From assembly GCF_964355755.1 (NCBI RefSeq), contig NC_092671.1, forward strand, positions 36,962,304 through 37,026,303: DNA of 64,000 nt. Direction: 5' to 3'. A program made the translations under genes and the position numbers. Positions 23,156 through 37,700 of this stretch are shown in pieces. The first letter of the stretch is position 1. Every line of letters begins with the position of its first letter. Under the pieces are notes generated by a model. The model had not been told where the DNA came from and searched no databases. It saw nothing but the letters and a program-made list of their open reading frames with translations. This DNA is from Antedon mediterranea. Lineage: Eukaryota; Animalia; Echinodermata.

Positions 23156-23524
23156 ATGTCTGGACGAGGTAAAGGAAAAGGAGGAAAGAGAAAGGGTGCG
23201 AGGACCAGGTCAAGCCGTGCTGGACTTCAGTTTCCAGTAGGACGTGTACATCGTTTTCTTCGCAAGGGCAATTATGCCAATCGTATTGGTGCTGGTGCAC
23301 CAGTTTACATGGCGGCTGTTCTCGAATATCTGACTGCTGAAATCTTGGAGTTGGCTGGAAACGCAGCGAGAGACAACAAGAAATCAAGAATAAATCCACG
23401 TCATCTTCAACTAGCTATTCGCAACGATGAAGAGCTGAACAAATTACTCGGAGGCGTAACAATTGCTCAGGGCGGTGTTCTACCCAACATTCAGGCTGTG
23501 CTTTTGCCAAAGAAAAAGAAATAG
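23156..23524 (+). CDS. H2A: Histone H2A (122 aa) with basic N-tail and short C-tail
   Basis: [41 protein letters not shown]...[21 protein letters not shown]...LLPKKKK*. The true ATG is at 23156, downstream of the TATA box. Confidence 0.97.
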   Translation: MSGRGKGKGGKRKGARTRSSRAGLQFPVGRVHRFLRKGNYANRIGAGAPVYMAAVLEYLTAEILELAGNAARDNKKSRINPRHLQLAIRNDEELNKLLGGVTIAQGGVLPNIQAVLLPKKKK

Positions 23525-23586
23525 GCTAGGCCTAGGTAGGCCTAGTAGATACCTAACAAAATAGGCACTCTCAACTCAAAACAAAC

Positions 23587-23602
23587 GGCTCTTTTCAGAG
23601 CC
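23587..23602 (+). terminator. Histone 3' stem-loop of H2A
   Basis: AAAC-GGCTCTTTTCAGAGCC-ACCA; AATAAA at 23610-23615. Confidence 0.93.
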
Positions 23603-25705
23603 ACCAAACAATAAAAAGTGATTTAATAAGTTTTGCTTGTCTTGTTTATTTTCTTATATTAAAAAGCCAATCTATCTAGGAGGGCCTCTTTATATAATGA
23701 ATCAATATAGGCTACCGGAATCCAAACCACGGCGATCAATATAGGGCCTGTAGTAGGCCTATTCTATAATACAAGAAAGGGAAGAGTGACAATAATTATT
23801 TCACTATTCAATTCCCTGCCAGGAGCTATTATACTCGACGACTCTGATATCTCTACATTCATTTTTTTTACTAAACTGAATGCCGCCCCCTCTGTGTTGC
23901 ATTATTGCGGCGCGCAATACTCTCTGTTGTAGCCTACTCTTCTCTTTCGCGCCACGTGTAGTGGTGGCCGCGCTACGGTGGTTCTTTCAATTTTCAATAA
24001 TAGTCAATAGAAACATGGATTAAAGATATACCTGATAGAAAGTTCAAATGCACTCTCGCACCCAAAAAATATATACAATAGAGTAGGCCTAATAATAGTG
24101 AGTGGGTAGGTGTTGGCCCGAAAGCAACATACAAATAAGACTGATGCTAAAAATCGATCAAACATCAATTAGGCAACATTTATGTTATATTAAAAATAAC
24201 TTTAAAGCTAAGCTTGGGTTCTCATTACTCATTAGAAGTACGTAGGAACGCGCAGCGCAAGCACACGTACGTAAACGCAACAAGCGACTGTAAAACAAAT
24301 CCATTTTTTCTCCGGATTTTAAGGAGCGACTTTAGATTTTGATGTATTGCCCCATAAAAGGTCAACCAACAATTATACAAATCTCCTCATATCGAATGTT
24401 TATAAACATTTTCGAAACACCCCGAAGTTGAAGGTCAAAGGAGAGTCGATTTATTGATAGTGCACACTCCTGAGTAGATTTTTATTTATATTTGTGGAAA
24501 TTCGTGTGTGGCACGCATTCAGTCCGTTGTACTGTACAAAAAGGAAGAGCGTGAATGAAAGCTGCATTAATTTTATTTATAGTTGAATGTTGTAGCCCCT
24601 TTGTTCTCTGGTAGGCTAAAATGTACAGCGGCTCTTCAGATAACCAGGTCAGTATTATTTTGCGCATTGCATCAGTGTGAACATAGTCAATAGCTATTGA
24701 CTATGGTGTGAAAGACGAATTTGCGGCGCGTACAGTGTATCAAGATTTAAACGTGCTCGACTAGACTATATAATATATAGTCGATCGTGCACGTTTAAAT
24801 CTTTACTGTATAATGAAATATTATTGGTGATCCACTCTCAGGATGGCCAGCAGGCCTACGTGTGATGATTTAATTTTAAATGTAAATATGTATATGTTTG
24901 TATGATGGCATTTGCAGCAGCAATAAAGAAATTAAATTGAATTAAATTGAATACCCTATATGTCCTATCCCCCGCACTGGGCCATTCCTGCCCGTACGTG
25001 TTTACGATTGGATCTCATCATCATCACATCATGTGTAGGCTATATAGGCCTAACTCATGTACAAAAAAAGAAAATTATACCTATTTTTATCATAATCAGC
25101 GCTTTCACTCTTTAGTCTCTTTGTATTTTATATCTTTCTTTTAGAATGGCACGCACCCACCACTCCGTATAAGAATTCCAATTAACTCGTTTGTCCATTG
25201 GTGGTTAATAGCCGATACTTTATCCGGTATTATTATTGGTTGAAACAAGTTGTTACGTCATATCCACTTTTACTTCTTATGCAAACAAGTTTGTGAGACA
25301 CAAGGTGTTTAAAAGTGATCTTGATGTCTTATTTTGATCTTTATAGCTCATCTTGACTTGGACATAGCCTTTTATTGAAGTTATCAACACTCGAATACTC
25401 GACAATTTTTAAAAGTTACTGGTAGCTGTCTAGCAAGACATTTTTGTACTGTTGTGAGGTGGATATATCATATCGTGTGAAGATAAAATTAGTCATATAT
25501 GTTTCTTCTGTAAGCATTAAACCTTAAGCGAGATGAAGGTTGAAAACTCATAATAATACACCATAAATATGCTGATTTATCCAAAGGAACATTTTTACTA
25601 CGAGTGGATTTAAATATTGTGCTATACAGAGATTGTTGACTATACGATCACACCGAGATATTTTCGGTTGTTTGTGTGTGCGTATTTCGTTCGATATAAT
25701 TTATA

Positions 25706-28700
25706 ATGGCGATGACAATAATGGCGAAATTCAGAGTTTCTGTTTTTGTTTTAATATCTCTTTGCTGTTTCTGCACACGCGCAAATGCGAATAGGTAAGT
25801 CTTAATTTCAACACTTGACTATGTTTGACAAGAGCTTTTTATTTTGGAGTATACAATGTTTTAAACCTTACAATAATATAGGTGACAAGTATTAGGCCTA
25901 CTATAATGGCAGGCCTCGTTGTACTTAAACATATAATTTCTAGTATCTTAATCGATGACTGAAACGCATGCATCTAACCTTTAACATCCGTTTAAGTCTA
26001 ATCATTTTGAAGTTTTTTTTATACAGAAGGAAGCCGTTAATACGGTTCAGTCACTAAGGAATTTGTAACTTATCCCAGGGCATGTGGCCTCGACGTTATA
26101 GCATTGTTTCCATGTGATAGGACAACTACATTGCTCAAATCTATAGCTTTACTTTATTTTCCACCACATAATAAAACTGTTTTTTTTATGATCTTCTTTG
26201 TTAACGAATGAAAAAATTTGACTTTTATATACCTTTTTAATATTGAAAATATTCATATTAATGTTTGGATTGCTTTTATAGTTGCCCTTTTACAATTCAT
26301 CTTTAGGTTGAGTGTCTTGAAAGAATGGAGCGTAAATTTTGTCCTCTTCCGATTTCAAAATTCCGTTAAAAACGATGTGCAGTTTCTCCTGCCCTGAAAA
26401 CGTTTTATATAAATAAAATGTTTCAATCTTTAAGACTTAAAACAAGGCCATATACATGGCTGCAGGTCGCACGTGCACAGATTTGAGTTTACCGACCCAC
26501 CGACCAACCGACCGACATAGTGAGCTGTGAGTCGCGTGCACGCGACTAAAAATGTTTAAAACATCTCGAGTTATATAATTTTCAAAAATAAACTTTAATC
26601 GATTGATGTGCTAAGAATATAAAAATTAGCATTTGCTTTCTAAGAGGACAGTAATAAATGTTAATGTTGTTGTTTGAAATGTCTCAAACATTACAATTTA
26701 AACAGCTATTTTCTCGTTTATTTTCACTTTTTTTTAGCTTGCCTAATACTCCCACTACACAACTTTCCGGTCTTAAATTCGATTATAAATATTGCGAAAA
26801 CTTAAAGAACTGGCTGTAATATACTGCGGGAAGTACCCATTAAGAAAAGCCGTCTATACCAAAACACGTTTGGTTGATTTCATAATTATGCTTTTAAAAT
26901 CAGCAGCTCGATAAACTTACTTGACCTTAAATAATATCGTTAATTTGTATTAGTCTGTAAATGAATCCCAATGTTACATTGTATTATTCTGCGACTCATT
27001 CAGGCCTTAAATTTGTCGCTGAATTAACAAGTCTACCAAGTTTATTTATCATAAAATTACCTCTTTACAATTTACTGGACTCAGTATTATCGATATTCTT
27101 TATTAAACCAATACAATACACTTTGTGATGGAAATAAGTAGACCCACACAGAAATGTTACCGCTGCCATATACGTTGCGATTAAGTGGAAACGTTAGAGT
27201 GGGGTTGGTGAAATCTGTCCATAATAGGTTACTTTTCTGTCCATAATAGGTTACTTTCTGTCCATAATAGGGACTAGAGGGCGATGTTGTTTGTCCATAA
27301 TAGGTGACTTTCATAATTGGCTGTCCAAAATAGGTGACTTTTTGTCCACAATAGGCGAGTTTATTGGAGTAGTGCGCCATCCATTGTGTTGTCCATAATA
27401 GGTGATTTTTTTGGCGTACTCGTACATACGTAGTTTATTTCGCGAGTAGAAGTAATACTAATTTGCTTTCTGTTCAGACTTCGAGGCTACCTAGGAGGCC
27501 TAATTAGTATATAAATATTTAAGTCTTTCTAGCCTAGGCCTAGCTAGGCTAGTCCTGTTAGTTAGGCTACCTCTATAGGCCTACTAGTACTACTAGCCTA
27601 GGCCTAGGCCTAGTCCATTTGTTATTGTCCACTAATAATAATGAAATGTGAAATTTATTCAGCAACAAATAATTTAATTTGAACTTCATTTTAGGTTTGA
27701 TAGTACGGACAGACATTACGCAACTTACCATACTATTGCAAGTTTAAATAAACGCCGTTGCTAAAGATACGGTACCGTATCCATGCTTTTAAAAACTAAA
27801 GATACGGTAATTATAGAGGGCGCTTCCGTTTGGTAAAAGTACGGTAAAATTGCATTCCTAAAACTCGTACCTAAATATAAAACTCCTTCCTAAATATAAA
27901 ACTCCTTCCTAAATATTAAACTCCTTCCTAAATATTAAAAACCTAACCCTCTAAATAATCTCTCTTAAATTAAAAACTAAAAAAAAAAAAAAAAAAAAGA
28001 CGTCAAGAAGAGTATCGAACCCCCAACCCCTTAAGCCAAAGCCTCATCACATGCCCACTAGGCTACACAGCTGGCTTGCAGAAAACCAATGCAATAACCT
28101 ATTTGATTAACATCCACATTACATAGCGCCCTCTATAATTACCGTACCTTTAGTTTTTAAAAGTATGGATACGGTACCGTATCTTTAGACATAACGTTAA
28201 ATAAATCACCAAACCCACACGTTCTTTTACAAAAATAAAAAATACCCCATAATACTCTAATGATAATATTGATAAAGTTTTATTTTTTTAAGATAATGAA
28301 AATGTAAACTGTTATTTTTATAAATGCATTGGTGTTTCAATGTAATTGTTGTATTTTTTTTTTCTTTGGACTTATTTTGTTTTGTTAACAGTAATAATAA
28401 AAATCAATTTAATATTGAAAAAGACATCACAGTTCAGCACTTCATTTCGTCATTTTAGGTCCTCCCCTATTTCAAAATTCTGGATCCACATAGCTCAATG
28501 ACAAACCATCCCAGTCTAAAGTGTATCAACAGCAGCACATCTCATCCATTTATTATATTGTTTAATTAAATGAATCAATTTTAATGTTTAATAATAAGAA
28601 ATACGACAATAAATCAAGTTTACATACACGCAGTGTACAAGCAACACCTTTGTTCTGTATTCAGAACAGTTTATTCAAAATCTAAATCACATTAAAAAAA

Positions 28701-31700
28701 TACTGAATTATATTAATTTTAAAAGTGTAAAAACATGGTTAAACTACAATTTAAAAAATAGCAAGGATAAATAAAATGCACCATAATTATTATGTTTATT
28801 ACTACAGTATAATTATTGATCGATGATTATGATCAAAAATAATATGTTGAAGTGATGTACTTTTTCTTTTGAGCAGCATACTGTATATGAGCAGAATATC
28901 AAACATCTGTATGCCTATAATAAAAAAAAAGGAAGCATTTAAATACTATAATAATGTTTAAGTATTTTATAATGCAAGTAACTTCAATCTTAGTAATGCT
29001 GAGACAAATTTTCATGTTGTATGGTGGGAAACAGTATGGTGGGAAACAGTTATGTTTAAATATTTTATTGCATTTAAAAAAAGATATGTAGGATTGTTTT
29101 ACTAAATTTAAGTTTATACCAGTTGTTAGAGTCAATTATTACCATACTCACTATATGAAAACTGATATTAAATGTTTTAAAGACAAATGCTTTATTGAAT
29201 GAATGCTTTAATAATATAACATTCAATTAAATTTTGAAATATTTTCTGCATGAATTTGTTAGTGGATTTATCTATTCTTTGTACTGTGATTGTAATGTTT
29301 ATAATGAATGAAAAAAAAAATATCTACTTTTAATTTCTTAGCAATTCAAATGAATAGAATATTTCAAATCAGAATGTTAAAAATTAATTTTCATGTATTG
29401 TCAGTTTTTCTACTACGGTACTGATAAAATTCAGTTTGTCTCTCTAAAAATGTTTGACTAAATTGTATCCTTCTTTTCCGAAGATTACTTTTGCAAACAA
29501 ATACTTTTTCTAAATAGGTTTCTTCTTGGGATTTTACAGTATCTTGGTCATATTGAAAAATGTCCTAAAAGATGTAGGCCTAGTGGGTTGTATGTAAAGT
29601 ATTATTCTTCAATTGTAAGTTGGGCCTATCTGTTACTTACCCTGGTTAATGTCCATGCTACTGTACTATAACATTGATCAGAAGATACACTGTACACAAT
29701 CTTTGATACATGCAAAAAATATGGAAAAATTGAGATTTAAATAGATGACATAATTAATAACATACAGTAACAATAGCTCTAGCTCTACTATACTGCCAAC
29801 CTACTAACTGTCCGAACTGTCTGGATAAGACTCATTCATTCAAAAAATAATTTAAAAAAACAAAAATTTAAATAGGTCAATCTAGCAATCTAGATGTCTG
29901 TGATTTGAAGACAAACTACCAATAGGTCTAGTAGACTAGGCTAGTAGTAGCTGATTTCGGTCTTCAAAGTATAGTAGTGGGCGGTGGTGGCAGTGGTATT
30001 AGTAAAAGACTGTATAGTGACTAGTCCGCCAGACCTGACCTGCAGTTAGGCAGTATAGTTACGAGTAGGCCTAGCCTAGGCCCTAGTCTGTAAAATATTC
30101 ATATTAAAAAAATAAAATAATAAAAAAACAGATAATGAGGATAGGCCTAGTTGTTTGTAGTAGGAAACCTATCTACCTAATATGAGCCCATGTCATTTGT
30201 ATTCCTTCCCTGCTGTAAGGTAGGCCTACTAATTAGGCCTAGGCCTCCTACTAGCTAGGCCTAGGTAGCCTCGAAGTCTGAAGAGAAAGCAAATTAGTAT
30301 TAACTAATAATACTATTACTTCTACTCGCGAAATAAACTACGTATGTACGAGTACGCCAAAAAAATCACCTATTATGGACAACACAATGGATGGCGCACT
30401 ACTCCAATAAACTCGCCTATTGTGGACAAAAAGTCGCCTATTTTGGACAGCCAATTATGAAAGTTACCTATTATGGACAAACAACAGCGCCCTCTAGTCC
30501 CTATTATGGACAGAAAGTCCCCTATTATGGACAGAAAAGTAACCTATTATGGACAGATTTCACCAACCCTATTGAAACGTTAGCACTGTAACTGTAAAGT
30601 TTGCGATTAAGTGGAAACGTTAGGTCTTAAATTGCGGCGAGTAGGTGGAACAAATTAGGACTGTAACTTGCGATTAAGTGGAAACGTTAGCATTGCAACT
30701 TGCGATTAAGTGGAAAAGTTAGCACCGTAACTTTACGATTAAGTGGAAAAGTTAGCACTGTAACTTTGTGATTAAGTGGAAAAATTAGCACTGTAACTTT
30801 ACGATTAAGTAGAAAAGTTAGCACTGTAACTTTGCGATTTAGTGGAAAAATTAGCACTGTAACTTTACGATTAAGTGGAAAAGTAGCACTGGATGGAAGT
30901 TTGAGATTAAGAACGTTAATACTATACTGCGAAAGTGAGAATAAAGAATGAGACACTTTTCCAGACATTCAATTCAAAAGACTTTTAAATACGTCCAACA
31001 TAGGCCTACAAACAATAAGAAAGTAATAAAGATAACCTGTATTTACAATGTAAAAGGTAAAATGGACGAAGACATATTCCCAAAAAGATCAAACTTTTGT
31101 GGCGGGATTACAAGTTTAGTTAATATCTTTCTGTAATTATATTAATTTGAAGATATCACTTTTTAGGGGTTATCTAGTGACATGCCCATCAGTATTAAGA
31201 TCGACCACAACTGAAACGATTAGTGTTACAATATTCCAACCATCTGAACCTGTTTTAGTAAATGTGTCACTTATTTACGATGGGAAGGAAGTTTCATCAA
31301 CACAAGAAGAAATTTTAGGTAAGTTTCTTGTTTAATCTTTGAGTTAAAACAACACCAAAATAATTATTTTTATATTCAATACTGTGTCAGTGAAACCCAT
31401 AATTTTGTAACGTGCGCGCCGTCCAATTTTAAGTTGGCCATGCACCTGTACCTGCAGCCATCACGTTTGTACAACTGTCCCATCGTTTTGACCTTTTTAT
31501 TTATTTTTGTACCTAATAACATTACGATTCAATAAATTCAGTTTATGTTAACAGTTTGAATCTATACCGCATAATCAGGTGTATACAGATATCCGATTGC
31601 CATAATCTGAAACTTCCTATGTTGTAGTAGTAGAGAACCTCAAAAATAAAAACACATACACTTATTTAATGCCAATATGCAACGTTGATAATGACAGAGT

Positions 31701-34700
31701 ATTTCAATGAAATGGACCCTATGAAATTGTTTAAATTAAAAACAGTATTGCAGTGTATAGTTCATACTTCATCACATTCCGTGAGTTTTAGGCTAACTGG
31801 TTTAATATCATTTTATTTTTACAGGAAAGGGGAACATTGATTTTAAGGTAGGAATACATAATCAAATAATATGAAACTGATTTAAAGACCTAAACACATT
31901 ATACTTATGCCTAAAATATGGCTGCAGTTCCATGCTCACGTTAGTGTTTACTGATCGACCAACCAACCAACCGACCGACCGACATAGTAAGCTGTAATGC
32001 ATGTTGGAACAATACATCAATAATGTGCAACAACAGCAGCCTAAACACATGAAAAAAGTAGAAACATGGACATGGAACCACCATGATTTCCAATCGCTCG
32101 GTTTGGTACCTAAACAAACAACTATGTAATTTACCGTTCAGGTTTGATATTCTCTTTAATTGTATAGGTCTCAGCAAGTTTCCACAAACAACTTGTTCTT
32201 GTCTGACCCCAGCGCTCAACTTTTCCAGCTTATACCCATCTAACACGATATAAAATATACACAAGCTGTATTTATCAATGTCATGCAATATTTATCAGCT
32301 TACAATTATAGACAAATTCCAAGAATGTGAAGAGTTTTTTTAAATATATCAGATTGTCTAAACGGAGCAAGTCGCGTTTTTGTCATTAGCAGCTTTTTAT
32401 TTAGGGTTTCCGTGTAAATATTGTGAGTACTCTGCAATTATTCGCGACGTTATGTTTGTTTAAACACACAACCTTAATGTGATCACTACTCACGTTCAGC
32501 CAATTTACACTAACCTTTCCATCACCTGACAATTTCTTCTCTTATATAATGTCTATTTCGCAAGCGATTAAAAGTAGGTTTTGTGTATATTATAAACATT
32601 CCATGATTGGGTTTATTTAGTTTGTTCACCGACTGGTGCAGTTCATTGCATCTGGAGAAGGATATTGTATGGCAGGGGCGTTTACCAAATAAATCAATTT
32701 TGGCCTAGTTTGGAGTAGCCTATCAAGCCTAGCCAGTCAAGCACATATCCCTCTTGACGTCGAAAATAAATGTGTTCAAATGTTTAAAGAACTTCTAATA
32801 ATAAATTTGTAATTACTCACAAAAATGGAGAAAACCATGAAGTTATAAAATTGTCATACCTCCTCCATGGAGAAAACGATAACTTTTCGTAGGCCCATTG
32901 GATTATGGTATAAACACCGAGTATAGCTTAAAATAGGTCTAATTGTGTTTGATAAAATTACAATCATGTTTGCATAGGCCTACTATAAATGATATTTTCG
33001 TTGATTAAATTTTGAAGAAAAAACTAACGTTATTTTTAAAATTTAGGTACCGAATCTACTACGAGGTGAAGCCATATTAAAAGTATGCGGTAACTGCGTT
33101 CCTGGAAACACTAAAGAGTATACATTTTTTAATTCAAGTCTTGTTCGTATTGAAGAAAAGGGGTCTTCTGTATTTCTTCAAACTGATAGACCAATTTATA
33201 AGCCCGGCCAAACAGGTTAGTGACATTGGGAAATAGCGTGCTCGTGCAAAAACTCCCGAATGTGATTGAGTTTTAAAAGTTTGTAAAAGTTTAAAAAAAG
33301 TTAAAATACAGTAGGCGGCGTCCTGTATTATTGTTCCCGTTTTGTGTATATTTTCTGCTTGTGGAAAAATGTTGTGAAAAGAGGAAAAAAATACAACAAA
33401 ATAAAAAGATTAATGAATACATATATTCCCCATTTGATTATCCAGTATACAGTGTAATGTTTCCAGAATACAATAAGTGTGACTGTGTCTAAGAATTCAT
33501 GTTAATTATTTTGTGATAGTAGTAGTAGTAGTCTTCAGTTTAAGAATTCGGTAAGTCAGGCTCAAAATCACTGACACTAACTAGGCTAGGCAGGCCTAGA
33601 AATAACCTACACCCAAGCACACCACCTGTATGCGACATATATTTCCTGCTAGGCCTACACTTGGTTGGGGTTGGAAAATGTTTACCAGATATTTATGCAT
33701 TTGTCACACGTGTCATCTCCATAAAAAAAATGTCATAATATCTTTGTTTTTTTACAGTACTTATCCGAGCCTTTTTGGTGGATCCAGATTTGAGACCAAA
33801 AGATGCAGAGGTGAGGAGAAATAAAAACTTGTTTGGAAAAATGATTAAAAAAATAATAAAATAAGATTTAATATACCTAAATCATACATATAATGTTAAC
33901 CAATACACAGTGATTTTCAAACATTTGGTGTATTTGATTGGGGTCTTTACTTTTGAGTTTTTTTGTTGAGTATTATTAACGGAGTATTTTCAACATTGGG
34001 TTTAAACCAGCTTTGGTTACTTTGATAGTAAACAAACAAATTATTTATTAACATTAATTAGCATTTAAATAAAAAAAGTACTTTTCTCTGAGCACAAAAG
34101 TTTTCCAATTAAATATGCCAATTGTTACATTTACCTAGTTGTTTACATGATGATACAACTAAGGATAATGTTCCTTTCTAATGAATATTATTATCTTTTC
34201 TATTATTATTAAAGCAGCAATTGTTAATGTTTAGTATCCATAAAGTAGGATATATTTGCATCAAGGTCAATAACTCTGTCAGTAGGCCTAACTCCCTAAG
34301 TGCTGGAAATTATCAAATCATTTTTGTGAAGTTTAATCAATCAATATAACCTATACATAACCCAGCCACCATTAATTTCTCCTAAACTGACCAGGGTGCC
34401 CGTTAAATTGTAAATCCAGTGCACTGTGTTAAGGTATAAAAAGATTTTATTTTAAGAAAACCCAGCCGGGCTAGTGGGTGTCCTACTAAGTATAGTAAAA
34501 AAGACCATTACCTTGAATCATACTTATCGAGATTTAGAAATTTAAAATTAGAAACATAGTTATTTGTCCAGTGGTGTATAATTGGCCTAAAAATCCAATA
34601 TAAAAAAAGCTACCGTAGTTGAAGTAACATAATTTATTTCAATAATTTAATTTTTAAAATAAAATTAACCAAAGCATTCATAAAAATAACAATCAGTGAC

Positions 34701-37700
34701 ACTTTACATTGTTGCATCTCATGAGTTCTTTAACTAATATGGTCTAATGTTATTTGTATCTAGATATTTGCTTATGTGGTTGACCCTCGGGGGTCACGGA
34801 TGATACAGTGGGAAAATGTGGAACCAATGTGTTGTGGTAAGAACTTTTGTTTGTTTCATATACAAATATTTTCATTTTTGTTAAATTTCATTTCTGACTC
34901 GCCAATTACAGGATGGATAAACTATTTAAAATAAACTAAGTCTCATTTGAGGCTTATTAGGGAGTGGAGTCGAAAGAGTTGTGAGTTACTTTGGCACTAG
35001 GTCAGGATTGAACCCTGGACCTTTGGATTGGAAGGCAAGAATGTTAACCACCAAGCCACATCTCCACTATTCTAGACATAACTTATTAAATATAATAATA
35101 TTTGTTTGGAAACTTTTAAAAAAGTACGTAGTTTACCAAGGGGGCAAGTAATAAGCATTAGCAAAACACTTCCCTTATTTAATCTTGTGAACTTTCGTCT
35201 CTGGACGGCAGATGGTAATTTAACACTGACGGTTGTGGAACATTGACAGTATGCAAGTACCACTCGTCAAGGCCTGTTCAGCTCTGTCTACACTATCAAA
35301 CTTTATGTGACAAAAAAATGTGATGTGTCCATGGACATGACGATGTCATATCACCACATTATTTTGGCATAGCACTACCATATTTGGGCACATCATACTT
35401 TTTTTTGGTCAAAATAGTTTGATAGTGTAGACAGAGCTTTAAATTGCGGTCCTGAAATGAATGCTTGTTATTGACACCGATAAAATATAGTATACAAAAT
35501 AAATTAAAAATGTGGGCGAGGAGGGATAGAGTCAGATAAGTCAGAAAGACATTAAGTTCAACCCACCCCAATATATAACATTTACACACATGAAAAAAAC
35601 AAAAATTACGTAAACTATTAAAATATTTAAAAAAACAAAGCTACGATCTTATTTCAGCAGTTAATTATTTTAGTAATAATAATTTAATTAGATAATTCAG
35701 ATATTCAAATATTTAAAGCAACCAAGAATATTTAGTAGAATCAAAATTTACAATACAGAATTAAGTAGAGCATAACTGAAATAATATCGTTAGTGTTTCA
35801 TATCTGACTATTAAAAATGGCTGACAACATCACGACTTCCTTTTAAACTCTTATCTACAGTGTTTCATTGACTCAGGTTTATCAATGTTTTCTTTTCAAA
35901 TATCTTTGTTTTTTTTGTTACAGGAATCTTTAACTTAACCTTTCCCTTGTCGGATCAACCTATTTTCGGAGAATGGTTTATTTATGCTGAAGAACAAGGC
36001 CAAGTGTACAACGTCAGCTTTGAAGTCAAAGAATATGGTAAATTTAAATACTATTTTAAAGATATATTGTCCCCCTGAAAACAAAATTTTTTAAAATTTT
36101 TTTTGTGGATTCTGCTATTTAAATTTAATTTTTAATCACATAATAGTTATTCACTTTGACCAAAAACTGGATCGAAAAAAAAATGTAATTGAAAGCAAAA
36201 AATTAAATTAAAATTAAACGTTTCTTTTGTCTTTTAATAAATAAGTGAAATAATTTTTTTTTAGCAGAAGTGAATAACTTTATTAAAACTGCAAAATGGC
36301 GTATTAAAAGTCTGATTTTATTCATCTTCATTTTTTTAAACGTTTTTGGGGGACAATACATCTTTAACTTTTTGTCTAATTTTTGATTAAAAAAATATAT
36401 TCCGAAAGTACACAATTTTTTCATACATTTTATGATGTATTCTGAAAATCAGATGCAGAGGATACAACCAATTATGGATTTGTCACTGCACACACTTTTA
36501 CTTTATAAATGAAAAATTCAAAAAAATAGTGTAAAAGCCTTCCATTTGGTTGTGTCAATATATTTAGGTCATATCAACAATTGTTCAATCTTCCCTAGTT
36601 ATTCATACGTACTTCCTTCACTCCATAGGGTCACATTTTATCAGCTGTTGTAGTTAAGTAGGCCAGAAACGTGATGTCTGTAATGCTGTTCTAAAGCTCT
36701 GTCCACACTATCAAACTAGTGTGATGTGTCCAAATATGGTAGTGATATGCCCAAATATGGTACTGATATGGCATCATCATTTCCATATATGGGCATATCC
36801 CATTTTTTTGTTCACATAAAGTTGATAGTTTAGACAGAGCTTAATTATTAGTTTGAGTTGATAATTCTCTATTAATATTATTTATATTAAACTCAACATC
36901 ATAATAATGAATAAAAATGTTTGTTTGTTTCCGCCATGTTTTCGAAATGTAATTATAATTTGACATGTCCACTAATGTTATGCCAACATTGTCTGAATGT
37001 CAATTGAGATACTAAACTAAACAAAGCAAAGAGAGATATAACTTAATGTAAATCTTTCAGAGAATATTCTATATTGGTGAGAAATTATATAAAAAAAAAT
37101 AATTATAAAATGAATAATGATTACTTTTACAATTTCTTTAGTACTGCCTCGATTTCACATTGACGTGGAACCTCCAAAGTATATTGTTGGATTTGAAGAT
37201 TGTTATCCAATTGTTATAAGTGCAAGGTAAGTCAATTAAAATTATGTGGCTGAATATAGTCCCATGTTCGCATATAATCTCACGCCTAAAATAAGTTTTA
37301 TATCAGGCCCTAAAATGAAAGGTTGAACTTAATTTGATGTCCTATCTTTTGCATTACAATTTGCGAAGTTTAGGGAGGGCTCGGGCTGACTAGGGCTCCC
37401 CTTGGATCCCCCCCCCCCCTGGTCATTGGTAATTGTTATTTATATGTTGCTAAGATACTATATTTTCACCTGACAATGACCGACGATGAAAGTTGGAAAC
37501 TGTAGTGGTACTTTTTTGGCTTAGAAAAAAAGGAACTTCATCAAAAAAATACTATATTTTGGTAAATCAACTGTTATCAAAGCTGCATTTAGCCCGTTTT
37601 TCAACTACAAAAATATTATTTTGTGAAAGAGAGGATTTAAAATGGAAGTTATCAGTGTCAGAAAAGTAATTACTTGAATTAATTCCTTCCTTTTTGGCTC

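Noticed and set aside
27087-27380. Paired [14 protein letters not shown] ORFs here and at 30391-30591 as duplicated genes
   Set aside because: They are the two inverted arms of one transposon, translated through subterminal repeats.
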